Source: Botryllus schlosseri
Lineage: Eukaryota
Direction: 5' to 3'
Assembly (NCBI GenBank): GCA_051294905.1
Contig: CM119378.1
Span: 3,412,001 to 3,476,000 of the forward strand
Length of the DNA: 64,000 bases
Of the stretch, positions 40,700 to 53,835 are shown piece by piece. The first letter of the stretch is position 1. Each line of letters starts with the position of its first letter. The translations under genes and the position numbers were made by a program. The notes under the pieces were generated by a model that was not told where the DNA came from, did no database searches, and saw only the letters and a list, made by a program, of their open reading frames with translations.

Positions 40700-40850
40700 G
40701 GGTATCTTTTCTGGGCTGTTTTTCTCGCCGCAAGAACAACGACACGGGGGACGAGGATCCCAGAATAACCTCCGACGGCGGTAATCGAACCCGGGCACTG
40801 CGGGCAGCCTGCTTATGGATGGCGCCGACGCTCAACACTACGCTGTCTGA
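40700..40850 (-). mobile_element. Possible tRNA-derived SINE head
   Basis: Minus strand has A-box-like AGCGTAGTGTTGAG and B-box-like GGGTTCGATTACC; no complete cloverleaf. Confidence 0.45.
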
Positions 40851-41123
40851 TGTCAAAGACTACTCCCTCATGGTCGTTTCGACTCCCTCCTATCTCTTCG
40901 TCGTGTCGCAGTTTTGTGATGTTTTGAAATGATGGAATTTATTAATAAAATGATACTGATTTGAAGGCAGTTTCATATTTAAAGGGGCACAACGGTCTAA
41001 ATACGATGTGGTCTCAAAATTAAAGATAACGGTGTGAAAAATATTGTTGGCAGAAACCATTTGTCTCGGAAAGTCACGGTATTCAAACTTCAGGACAGGT
41101 AACAGATTTACATGAGCGTTACT

Positions 41124-41438
41124 TATTCACAGTGAAATGAATCCAAATATTTTCGGCTGACACTCGTCAAGGGTAATCGTCAGCAACTAGTAGAGAATTG
41201 GAAAGAACATTGTATATCAACAATCGTACCACAGAAGGAGTGTTTGTGTACCCTTTAAACATAACACGATGAGCTTAAGCGCTCACTCCGCCCCGGTCGA
41301 AATTTCATGCCGGTGACGAAATATTATGCGATGCTGCGATTGTTGATATACAATGTTCTTTCCAATTTTCTGCAAGTTGCAGACGATTACCTCTAACGAG
41401 TGCCAGCCGAAAATATCGGGTTCATTTCATTATGAACA
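41124..41438. mobile_element. Short MITE with ~105-bp TIRs (TCAGCCGAAAATATTCGGG family)
   Basis: Both arms present here in inverted orientation; single arms at ~10035-10115, 16015-16115, 23165-23230, 49195-49295, 51585-51665 and 52580-52665; degraded pair at 30235-30360. Confidence 0.8.
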
Positions 41439-41779
41439 TAATATTCAACTGTGTGTAATCGTATATAAATCCCCTCTCTATATCCTAGCTAAGGGACGGC
41501 CTATATGCTCATGACAATGTCACGGATAGGAAAATCTCTCCTTCATAGTGAGCAGAATATGACCTGACTACTGTCTTTCAGAAAGGACACTTGGCCTTGC
41601 AGCAGTCCTCCCTTATTACACGGCACCTCACAGCCAGACTTGAACTAGATAATTCCAGTCGCCTAGAGCGAAATGTCGCAGGCGGTAGCCTAATTGAATT
41701 TCTGAAATGTTTTTTCGCTTTAATTTGTGACATACATATGAGCAATGAGCATACATACAAGCATGATTAATAGAAAGAG

Positions 41780-42387
41780 GCATTTCGGCGTCGGCCAATA
41801 CCGCCCCACGACGACATAGACATATGGAATTTTAGGCTATGTAGCATGCGACTCAGAGAAGTGTATCCGAACGATCGGCTGCGAGAAGACCTTGGCCGAC
41901 AAGGACTGCCCTTATGCTGACCGAAAACTTCGATATCTACAGCCTACATATATGTTTAATTGTCCATGGGCGCATAAATGGCTGGCGCCCAATGTTTCTG
42001 TCCTGGCAATCTGAATCACACCAGACAAATGTCATCACGCAGAGAAAAGTCATTTATACCGAGTTGAAAAGTTTAGTACGTTTGGGCGATTTCAATATCT
42101 TTGGATATAGCAGACAGGAGGTCACGAAATAACATCATGTAACGATGTCATCATACGAACGGGCCCTCCGGAATATGTTTAATTATTATTTACGGGTCCT
42201 ACATTTTCCAAGACAGCAACTGACGCAGCATCTACCGGTAAATCTGATTGCGTGGGCAGAGAAAGGATGAAAATTCGATAGCAATATATACTGCAATTCT
42301 CGATCTTATTATTGACTGATTCTGGGGGCATAAGACCAAGTTTATTTGGCGTGGGGGGGGGGCTGACGAAGAACTGATTAGGCCCTG
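41780..42387. mobile_element. Partial inverted copy of the CAGGACCGTAAC hAT family
   Basis: Reverse complement matches internal blocks of 20136-20972 and 36908-37807 (GGCCAAGGTCTTCTCGC, CCCATGGACAATTAAACATAT). Confidence 0.75.
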
Positions 42388-42422
42388 GTGTTATGTCTCT
42401 ATGTTATAGTGTTAATCTAATT

Positions 42423-43296
42423 CAGTGGTTCTTAACCTTTTTCATATCGTTACCCCCGAGAAGAAAATGATGGGATGCAATTACCCCTTTTCAGAAAATA
42501 ACGTGACGTCATCATAATATTACATCATAACGTGACGCCATAATGTACACTGAAATGCCTGTTGAAAATATCATGTCAATGGGAAAGCTGAGGCTGTTTT
42601 TGTGTTATCCAGTGGTCACATCTGGACAAAGGGGAGGATAATAGACATCATCTCCTGTAATTGTCGATCGCAAACTTATTTTGATATTTCGTTTTGATAG
42701 ATACCATTGCAGAAAATCCTATTTCACGGCAATAAGTTCAATGAAATTCAATCAGAAAGTTCAATCCCAAGATGACGAAGATTGGTTATTCATTTTGAAG
42801 GCGAACCCAAAAGGTTCCAATATCTTGCCTCGTTTCTTCGAAGGCATTGTGATGATGTTAGACTTAATTTCTTTGACTAGACTAGACCACTACACTTTTC
42901 AATACTGATAACTCTATTTCTATGATATTGTTACTGCATTATAGGTGTAAAGCTGAACTTAGACGACCCCCGTTGTCTTTCAATTTGCCAGCATGCGTAA
43001 CAATATATGATCCCCACTACTGCAAAATAAATAGGACTTACCTAGCACTATACTAAACGACATTCGATCCTGTTATTCATAATCACTAGTGGTTAATATG
43101 ATATCACAGCAGGCATGGTGTGTTAAGTGAAACAAAATATATACTAGCGCGCAGAAATATAAGCTAGCCTACATTCATATTTACGTTTCAAAATATTTCA
43201 GTGCAGCGTTACAAGTTTTTTAAAAATGTCTATTACCCCCAAAAAATTGGTAAATTACCCCTTTGGGGGTAATTACCCCCAGGTTAATAACCACTG
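42423..43296 (-). mobile_element. Internally deleted Buster/Charlie hAT element
   Basis: CAGTGGTTCTTAACCT / AGGTTAATAACCACTG, TSD ATCTAATT, TTACCCC repeats. Minus-strand remnants EIGFSAMVSIKTKYQNK and KQPQLSH* (~42576-42730) resemble the Buster transposase C-terminus. Confidence 0.88.
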
Positions 43297-43753
43297 ATCT
43301 AATTCCTGCTTTACCTGAAAATGCTCCAGGAGTCCTGTGCGTACAGCGTAAGACGAGTCAAGCTTGCAGCACAGACATTTGCCATTCTCATGATTATGTG
43401 AAAGGACTCCGCTTTGATACGAACTTGTTTCATTTTCCAAGTTCTCGCAAATTCAGCAATTCCAATCTGATATGGAAAGACCTGTGAATTTTAATTTAAT
43501 TTGGAATAAACTATAATTCTAATGATGGCATAATTTTGAAATACTGTATAGCTATAATCTAATTTCGAAAAGTTGAAAATTTTCCAGCTGTCCAAGTCTG
43601 CCTGTGAACAATCTGAACAGAAAACACCAACCATCGACTCAAGTTGTCCATGCTCCTTCTTAGCGCTTTTCGTTATGCATATCGTACATGTAACCATATT
43701 GTCTTTAGTCAAGTTGCCAGCGATCAGACGAATAAATCTCCAGTAGTATGTCC

Positions 43754-46090
43754 CAGTGGCGGCTCGTCCTATAGGGCAACTGGGGCATTGCCCCACCTAA
43801 AATTCTGTTCAATAACAATTTAACCATTTATAGACGCACAGCAATCAATATATACCGAGATCACAGCGAAACCCGCGTTCTTCTTGTGCTTTCGCTTGCA
43901 AACGCCCATACATAGCGAAGTCTCTGCGAAAATCGAATTCTCTTCTGTGTTTTCGCCCGGTAGCGCTCATAACAAGCTTTCACTATCTATTCTCTCAAAG
44001 CCGCGCACAATAAAGAAACGGTGATTTACTCTCTCCTATTCGTAAAATGGCCGAGCAACCGGGGCAACTATGCCTACTGGCCCCTAAGGTGTGATGTAAC
44101 AATCGTATCTATATCTGAACTCGGTTACCGTAATATGCGTTGAGTCGACCTTTGCTGGTATAGGTCGATTTTGACGGTGTTTAGCACCATGATAATTCTT
44201 GAAACTTGGTATGATATGTCGTGAAGGTAGTATTTAACACTGCTCCAAGTTTCAGGCTTGCTACTTAAAGATAATGGTAGTAATTCCGTTTCCGAAGTTC
44301 AGTGTGTGCTGATCTATCATGTACATAGTACAGCAAACGGATTTTACTCAAAAGCCGGTATTGGTCTCCATTGATTTTGACGATGTTCTATACCGAGATC
44401 GGTCATGACATTTGGCACGGTAAGTGTTAGTATCGACCGATGTAACAAGTTTTAAGTTTGTCACTGAACTATGTGGGTGGTAATTTCGTTTCCAAAGTCG
44501 AGTAAGAGCTGACTCTTCATTTATCGCCAACAAATTTACGCAAAAGCCGTTATTGGTCTCTTGATTTTAACGATGTTCCATACCTAGATCTGTCATGAGC
44601 TTTCACACGGTATGTCTTGATTTTAGTATCGAACGCGGTGCCAAGTCTTAAAGTTGACACTCAATGATTGAGGCAGTTATTTCGTTTTCGAGGTCGAGTA
44701 TGGTAGAGATGCGCGCTGATCTGATACTTAGCCTACCTACGTCATTGCGGATCTCACGCAAAAGCCGGTGTCGGTCTGTGCTAATCTATAGTCTGCGTTC
44801 CATAACGAGATCGGTGATGATATTTCCAATGGTATATCTCGATGATCGCATGAAACAGCTAACCAAGATTCTCGGTTTGCATTCAAGTATTCGCATAATT
44901 TTATGTTCGCCAATGTCCATTTCACTGTGAAATTGTGGCCTTCAAACCATTTGCTTACAATCCCCTGTCAATTGCGATAGCTATTTCATTTTCGATGTCG
45001 GCTAACAGCTGATCATTCGATCAGCCTATTCCTCGATCTATTTTACTCAAAGTTCGGTGTTCGTCTGTTTGCATTGATTTTGACAGTGTACCATACCGGA
45101 ATGGGTTATGAGATTGCGTATGCTACTTTTCGATGATTTCTTGTAACAGTATACTAAGTTACGGCTTTTATTCATGTATTTATATATTAATATATTTTCC
45201 AACGGCGATTTCGCAGCAGACTTATCAGTAAGCCGTATGTGTTGTGTCACAGTCTCCAGTTTCAAGGCCAAAATGTCCTACGTTGTTCCGAGACCGAAGT
45301 TCCGAGGCTGCTGTCCTTAGTTCTTCAAAGACCATTCAAATTGATGTTCTGGATTCAATATGACAGGCCCAATCTATGAGATAACAATTGCGTATGTGTC
45401 CGAACTCGTTGACCTTTCCAGTTAGGCTTACGCAATCTCTCGAGTTCTAGTCATTGGAATTAGTCAGGTCAAGTCAAGTGCGAACATGAATCGTATTGAA
45501 TCTTTATTCCGTACGTAGTTTACGCAGTTGCCTTTAGAGCGAAAATGAGAGGTCTAGAAGTTGTCCAGTCTATTGATCCAATCGTACGCCGGGTGCCTCC
45601 GCTTTGGTTGCCTATTATCACCTGGTCGTAACCAGAGATGGCCACAGTCCGGTTCAGGAGCAGGAGCAGGATTTCAATGTTTTTCTACCTGGCCGGACTG
45701 GATCCGGATTTCGAATTTGGGGTGACGGTCGGATTTTAGGGTCTATCGATTTGCGTAATCTATAACTCTACCATGAAATCAAAACGCATGCTACTAAGGA
45801 TGACCTGATACTTGATTCGTGGCATAGGGACGATTCTTAGTTCACGTACATTTTGTAAAATAATCCTTTGATTAAAAATAAATGAATAAAACATTTGTTA
45901 CCACACTTCAAGTCACGGCTCACCGGCAAACCTCTCGCGGCACCTACGTTAAAATCACTGTTGTCGGGAAATTCATGTGACCATCATAAAGTTACTTTTT
46001 TACGTTGGAAAACGCCATTGTGACGTCATGTTGATAAAAGTCGCTCGCAGCCCTTGCCCCACCACCCGATATTGTCACGAGCCGCCACTG
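43754..46090. mobile_element. 2.3-kb non-autonomous hAT (Tip100-like) element with internal tandem repeats
   Basis: CAGTGGCGGCTCGT / ACGAGCCGCCACTG, perfect TSD GTATGTCC. Confidence 0.9.
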
Positions 46091-46187
46091 GTATGTCCTC
46101 TTTTGCAGATCCGTAAATAGGGGTACACAGAAATTTCTGTCGAGCTCGATAAGGTTGGTAATAACCACTGGTCTATATCCTTCTTTA

Positions 46188-47150
46188 GGGGGGATATGTG
46201 GTACCGATGGATCACTGGGACCGAAAATACTTTGAAAATTCTCTATGATAATTCCATGATTACACTCCGTGAACTTGTCTACAATTGCATGCTGGCAAAA
46301 TCTTTCCTCACATACAAAAAAATTCGACGTGCTCGAGCTGTGAGGTCTCTCACAGATGATTTTTGTTGTGGGGGGTGTAAACTAAATTTAGATTGACATA
46401 TACATTTTTCTTTGTAACCTTCAACACGAACAAACCAGCAATCATTTTTATTGTGAAGTGTAGGGCTTGTATCAGGCTACATAATGGCACCTATTATTTT
46501 TTTTCAGTACTTTCCTTGAGTGGACTTTTTTTCGATTCATGTATAAAATTCGTAGGCTGGGGACCGATGATACAATAGCCAAATCAAGCAAAATAATCAA
46601 ACATACTAATCATGAAACAAATGAAACATGCCTACGTACACAAAATCTTTATCTAATAATTGCATATGATGTTTTATCGCTATAACGAGGTATTTGTAAG
46701 TCACACTGTCGATTTTCGGGCAATATATGTACCCACAAATTTATAAGTTCGAGCCTAAATCGAAACGTGATTTTATGACAACATTTCAGTTAATATTTAT
46801 TCTATTTTTTGACAGTTGCGACCAAACATTCTTCTTTGGCTTGCTGCAGCTTAGGTTATGATACTGAGCAAGAAGAGTAGTCACATTTGAGTTTTTTAGG
46901 GTATATGTGTCATAGGTCCCCGGGTCGTGTGTCATTGGACCCACCGGGTGGGGACCGATGACACGTTCGAGCAACAAATTTTGAATGTCCATAAATATTT
47001 TTTGAAAAGACGGATATTCATGTATATGTGCGCGATAGGTAGGGCTTGTATCAAAGCGCTGAGCCAGCAAAAGATCTGCTGTTTTCGGCTGAACATTTCG
47101 GGGCCAGCGATCATTTTCCAATTTTTGACCCATCGGTACCACATCTCCCC
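46188..47150. mobile_element. Tc1/mariner-pogo-like non-autonomous element
   Basis: GGGGGATATGTGGTACCGATGGATCA / TGACCCATCGGTACCACATCTCCCC, TA on both flanks, internal GGGGACCGATG repeats. Confidence 0.78.
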
Positions 47151-48154
47151 TACGGCACATAGGCTCATTACTATGTCCCCCATCAGTAAATATCTCCACC
47201 TTAGTTAACAGACTACATTGTTCCAGCAAGTACACTTCTGCCTTTCAACAATCCTCCCTAAACACACAGCACCTCAGTTTTCAAAACAGATCAAACGACG
47301 AAGCAACGACTCTTCCTCAATTTATTTAAAAATGTATGTACATGGCAGACTGCATGTTGAGAAATCGGTCGGCAGGAAGATACAGGTCTCGAGTCAAAAC
47401 GCAATTCCGTAACCCGGCATATCAGAACGGCACCGATTCTCGCAAAGACAACGCAAGCGGCAGTTCCAATTGTATGATTCGTCTAATCAAATAGGCAGTA
47501 GACATAATCGGCAATGACACACAGTTTGCATTACTAAGGCTGGGCGCAATGATTGAACGCTCTAATCTCAATCACGTATCAATTCTAATGATTAGAAGAT
47601 TCTAAAAGTAGTCGGAGATGATTTTTTCGGCACTGAAATTACACGCTTATCCACGCAAATTACAGTATCCACTATGGAAGCTTCGAAGTCACTATTGATC
47701 ATGTAGCAGCTTACGAAACATAATACAAAGCTACACACGATACTGACCAAGCCACAGCATAGTCACATAGTGTAAGGAAACAGGCATGGTCAAAAGAATT
47801 CCAAATTATCTTCAATATGATGCAAAGCTGGTATTAAATTGTATGCGGCAGCATAAAGGGACATACTGGAATACTCAGCGGAGCCCAGCCCGAGATACAA
47901 CACCTCAACAGTACAACGCGAGGCAGTAACAAAAGAATCGTACAGATCCAAAACCACGGCGGCATGATGAATCACAAGTATAAATCTTCTATAAAACCAG
48001 TATGAAACTTAAAACGAACACCGCGCGCGCACAAAATCCGACACGCACACACTCACAATGTGAAAAGCTCGCAAACGTAAGAACAAGGCTAAGAAATATT
48101 ATCAAAAATAGCTCCGACGACATTATCACGACGGCTCACATCGTCATGATTCGA

Positions 48155-51100
48155 TCAAAGAATGGCGGTCATGCTCATGCTGCGGTGACACTTTTTCCCG
48201 ACGAGCCTATTCGTCTTACCGCCCCGAAGACTATTGAGGTTCCTACGCAGCGGCGTGCAGCCTCTTTTGACCACGCACTCGACATCAGCATGCTGACACT
48301 GCCTGGCTTGCTCCAATTCCCGGGACAGCAGCTCGTTCTTGAACTTCTCGTGATTCAACTCGCGCCGCAACTGGTCCTTGCTTTTCGATGAGCCTGGACA
48401 CAGGAATCTATGCCGCGTCAAGGCGGAAGCCCCTGGCCTGCGTGCCGCGTCAGGGTGCGCCAGACACTGCAGTAACGAATTAAATCCATCGGAACAGTGA
48501 GATACGGGTCCGAGACCGTCGCGGCGGATTTTATGCCATCGGTCTCCGTTTTTAGGCGGGGCAGTCCCGCTAGCTACTTCGTGGACCGTAACTCCGAGCG
48601 CGAAAATGTCAGCTTTCTGCAAGTCAGAGTAATCCTCCTGTAGTACCTCGTTAGCCAAGTATCTACAGTCGCCCTCTTCAACTTGCGGGTCGTCGACCGA
48701 AGTCACGTGGCCTAGATCTCCGATTTTGTACGTAACGCAATCCATTGATAATTGCGATTCATCCTCATCTTCGCTGTGATCCCGAACGTCACAAGAAACA
48801 TCCATTTTCGCGTTGTGCACGTCGATACAAATGAAGATGTTGCCCGGCTTTATATCCATATGCGCGAGCCGCTGGGTGTGGATGTACTTGAGGCCTTTCG
48901 CGACTTGCAGCAGGAGGTCCTTGGCCTGCGTCTCGGTGAACGCCTTGCCCTTGGCGCTGTCGGCCAGGCTGCCGCCGTTGCAGAACTCGTTCTGGATGAG
49001 CATGTGGTCGTTTTCGGCCCACGCCGAGTAGTACCGGACCACGTGACGGTGTTTTCCGAGCACCGCGTGCGCGCAGACCTCGCGAATCGCGTTGGCTCTG
49101 AAATTGAGAAGAGGCGGTTTAGAAAATTATTCGAGAATGAAGTACTTCTGCGTAGTTGGAGCATTCCAGTATATACAATTGAATGATAAAATCTCATATT
49201 GAAATAAACCTCAATATTTTCGGCTGACACTCGTCAGGGGTAATCGGCAGCAACTAGTAGAGAATTGATAAGAACACTGTATATCAACAGTCGTATCAAC
49301 AAATATGACACCCCCGACATGAAAGATAGTAATAGGAATAGCAGCACCAGCAGCGAATAGATGGCCCACTTAGTCGAGACATTCAAGTAGGTTTTGCCTG
49401 ATTGCTCTACCAACTCAAATCGCCATCTATTTGGATTACTCCCACTTGTGCGTAACAGCTTTTCAGGCAACACAGCCTATATTATACACTTCGGACTTGG
49501 AAAAGCAGCCCTAAGCTGAATCATGATGCGCTTGTGAAATGCCCCCCGTGTGATGGTCACTAAAAATTTTCTCGAACATTGCATGAATTCGTAGTGTCGT
49601 AAATGATTTTTGGTTAGTCGCGACGAAGCAATATTGTCCAGGTTTACGGCCAAAACTCACTCGTCAATTGACCCGGCCAGGGGTTTCTTCGATCGTTTGA
49701 CGGCGTACGTGCACCCGTCGAGTCGATTGACGCACTTGAACACGGAACCGAATTCGCCGTCGCCGATCTTGCAAACCTCGTGAAATTCCTGTTGATATCG
49801 GGATATGTTGTTCTCGCGGAGGTGTATCCTCTGAAAAAGGAAACCGACTTGTCATCTCACACATTCCAACACCACTGCTTTGTATCAATACTATGCAATG
49901 GAGAATTAATCCCACAATCTGAAAGCCTGGGGTCAAATTGCACGTTAAATCCCAGCCGTCAGACGAGCACAAACCATTCAGTGCAAATACCAAGCTCACG
50001 AAAACGGGTAGAATTGCAGGATGGACATTCAGTATATAACTAGGACCACCATGACAAACCCATGAATAATAGAGAAGAAGCCATATAATCAGGAATGCCA
50101 TGCAGTGCGATGTGAAAGATTTGTCCTTACAATGAAGGCCGACATCTTATATAACTAGGTAGATTAGAATTAGTGAATTTACAAATACCGAATTGTCAAG
50201 TAATACAACAAAAATCAATTCGAGTCCATAACAAATCAGAGTTTACTCTTACAGACATGCCGTAAGAATGGCAAGTGTGTGTGTATGCCAAGCTTGGCTA
50301 ATTTTGCACTATACAGTTCTGCAGAATCTCCAGCAAAATTTTCAGGAAAACAACAAATTAGTTAATAATTACATAACCTGGCGTGAACAGGTGGTTAGGG
50401 CTAGGCGAAACTGACGACTGTTTAGTAAATAGTTTACAAACATCACGGTTAGACTACTAGCCTTGATTTTTGATCAATGTCGATGGCAACCCAGGTTATA
50501 CTGAATAATATAGGCTACATATTGATAAGCTTGCTTACCTTAGCAGGCCTTGACTCATCTTCTTCGTCTATATCGTCCAGGCTCAACGACTGATTCCTGG
50601 AACGCGACCTCTTCGAATTCGGCCTGTTATCCGGCGTGAACGGATTCACGTTAACCGAAGGCGTGCCTGCCTTATGGAAAATAGTGGGCCTCGACCAGTG
50701 CGAGCTCACGTTGTTGCGTTTGATAATCGAATCCGCGTCCGTCTGCGTGTCGTCGGCCATTTCGTACGTCGCAGGCGAGGACTGACACGGCCCGCAGCGC
50801 AACATCTGCAAACGGCTCCTAGATTTGCCGGCCCCGGACGGGCTGGGCGGCGGGATTGGCGTGGGGTGCGTGTCCCCGTCTGAAAATTCCGGTTTTGGAA
50901 TAGACACCCGGGGTTTCGTATTTTTCATTTTGCGTAAAAGTGTCTTAGGAGTGGAGGGGGTGTCGAATAGGGTAAGCGCGCGGAGTTTTTTCGTGTGGGG
51001 TGGGGTGTCTGGCGGGGATTGGATAGGAGAGCATGAAGATACGCCTGACGATGACGCGGGTGACGGTTTCGGCGACGGCATCAAACATAGTTTCCGTCCG

Positions 51101-53190
51101 CGGCGTATCGGAGACGAGAATCCGTCACTATTATTATCCTCGCCGCTGCTACAAGAATTGAAATCCAACGCGGACGATTTCCGGATATCTCGTTTTGCGG
51201 GAGTGTTTTCATCGTAGGAAACATTCCCGGAATCCCGTCGATGGCTGTAGTTTGTGAAAGGGAGTTTGCGGGCTATTATCGTGTGAGAATCCTCATCTTC
51301 CGAAGTCGATTCCATCGCGTTTAACGCGCAGATTTTCCGCAACTTCTTATCGTCACAATTTTCGATGACTCTTTGTAAGATCCTCGAGCGGTTCGTGCTG
51401 ACCGGAGTCTGGATAGGTTTGGAAATTTTCGGCCTCGGCGGTGAGAACAGCGAGCGTTTTGCGGGGGAAGGTTGGATTCGTGGGTTGCTCGACGGTGAAG
51501 GTGTCATGGTAACGTGCATTCCTGCATGAAAGATGCAAAGAAGGTGATATTTCTGCCGCTGCCGTAGATATATGATATATTCATACAAAAATATACTCGG
51601 ATATTTTTGGCTGACATTTGTCAGGGGTAATGGTCAGCAACTAGCAGCGATATGTGTATCAACAGTAGCATCACCAAATAGTGACGTTTCCGACATAAAA
51701 AATTTGAATAACCGGGATGAACAGATGGCAGATGTACTATTTCAGACACATTACACAAACTACTTCTGTAGACACAACCTGGGTTGGCCTCTATTGATGT
51801 AGGTCGACTCCAAGGATCATAAATGAAAGGATGAACGGCTTCTACATATGACACGAAGTAAATTCTTGCACAAATAAAATTATTCAGTTAGTGGATAATA
51901 TTCTGCCAGTCACGCTCGTACAGAATAAAAACATTATAAATGGAAGAGGGGTGACCAAAGTAACAAGCCTCCAACCAGTTGAGAAACAATATTTTTTCTT
52001 GAAAGAACGTCTAGGATCATTTAAAATGAATTGATCACCAACATCACACAATAATTCCAACTTGCGGTGGATGAAAACTAACTAACAGCATCTGCATTGA
52101 TTGTTATGCTATCACACAATATTATACAGCAACAACTACCACCATGAACCATAAATTCTACATAAAAGGAATAACGCAACAGACTTTGTCTAGCTCATGA
52201 AATTTCACACCAATACTGGGTGAGTGCAAACTCATATTCAACGTACTGTACCATAGCGATCATGCAAGTATGAATCCTGTACTGTATTCGGAGAATGAGA
52301 CCTTTGCATATCATTATTATTGTTATCCCTAGTTGGATTTGTGATGAATTTAAACAAAGCAATATAAATCAGAACAGGCAAAGGCCATGATTTCTGTCTG
52401 TCGTCAGGAGAGAACGTATTACTCTTTCATTTGCGTGCCTTGGAGTCTACTTTAATAAAATACGTCAACCTAGTTTGTGACAACAGAAGGGGTTTGTGTA
52501 TCATTGAAAAATAGGACATTGAGCTCACTCAAGCTATCTGTCCGTCTCGAATATTCAAAACTGCATGAGTGACATATTTTCTAATATACAATGTTCTTTC
52601 CAATTCTTCACTAGTTGCTGATGAGTAAACCTGACGAGTGTCAGCCGAAAATATTCGGGTTCAGGTCAATACAAATGTATATGAGCAAACAGTTAAATTC
52701 TCTGCCTGTGTGTACTACACGAAAACATTACTCATAATCTAAAGCTCAACAAGTAGAGGACTGAAATCTATTAGAGCAATGTTCGATTCAATAACTCAAG
52801 TCAATATTAGGCCTACATAATGATTGCAAGTAAGACTCGTCTTATTCAGAATTCGCAATACCTCAATGTGAATTTTGTAATGGAATTGAATCAATTGATA
52901 CCCAAACTGTACTGTGCTAGACATTATGATACAACTAATCCAAGGTTCAAAGGCTCCCATGGTGGGAAGAAAACTATGATTCTTGTCAAAAGAGAATTTC
53001 AGAAATATAACTCTGATCACTGTGACTATAGCATTATAGTCTACTATACCCAAAAATACAGATCAAAAACGGAGTACAAACCTGAATCATCATCCGTGAA
53101 GCCGTCATCAGAAAAATCCAACGCAATCTTCAAACTGCGAGAAGCTGCTACATCCTTGGATGGACTTGCACACGACAGTGTGAGCGCCAT
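48155..53190 (-). CDS. WEE1: Wee1-like protein kinase (CDK1 Y15 kinase), 4 coding exons, ~734 aa
   Basis: Exons 53190-53082, 51521-50539, 49830-49661, 49097-48155 (2205 nt, in frame). Motifs: [77 protein letters not shown], Wee-box [20 protein letters not shown]-terminal RSMSMT. The first exon is less certain than the others. Confidence 0.93.
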
Positions 53191-53835
53191 CGTCGATCGA
53201 TCGTCGGTCGATATAATATTCTCACACAGTGCGTATATAATATGTCCGTTCAGTTTCACAAAGCAACAGTAGCTTTTATATGTAGCATATTACTGGCTGT
53301 AAACATGAAGCATACATATTACTATTAGTGAAATTTATGAAAAATAAACTCAACCTCGACCTCACGCCGACTAACCGCGGCCGCACATGCGCATATGGAA
53401 GCCACAAATTAAGCTCGGTGTCTGTGCTTTTGAATTGAGCATAGTACTGACTAGAAAAACTAAAAACACGTATTACAACTAGTTAAGATGTTAACTCAAC
53501 GCCGACCTCCCACCTATCAACCGGGGCCGCACATGTGCCGAGGAAAGCGACAAATTAATCTCGATGTCTGCGGAGCACGCCAGCAACTGTAGAGGCACCA
53601 CGACTAAAACTGCGACCAGATATAGCTTATGTCAAACACACCCCATAATAATAACTGAATTTCTGACTCATCCAAAAATTTTATATCCAAACATGGAGAT
53701 TTCAATGACACGGCTTGACCGATGGTGACGACAGAATGACGTAACGCCGTGGTTACTACACAGGAACAAACAACTCAGGCTACTCTATCTCCTCATAATA
53801 AGAATCGCATACGAAGTCCGACACCGCGTGTCGAA

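Noticed and set aside
40780..40850. tRNA gene
   Set aside because: A/B-box-like motifs only; no acceptor stem or cloverleaf could be formed, so it was treated as a possible SINE head.
48752..51217. Plus-strand ORFs overlapping Wee1 exons
   Set aside because: Antisense shadows of GC-rich coding sequence.
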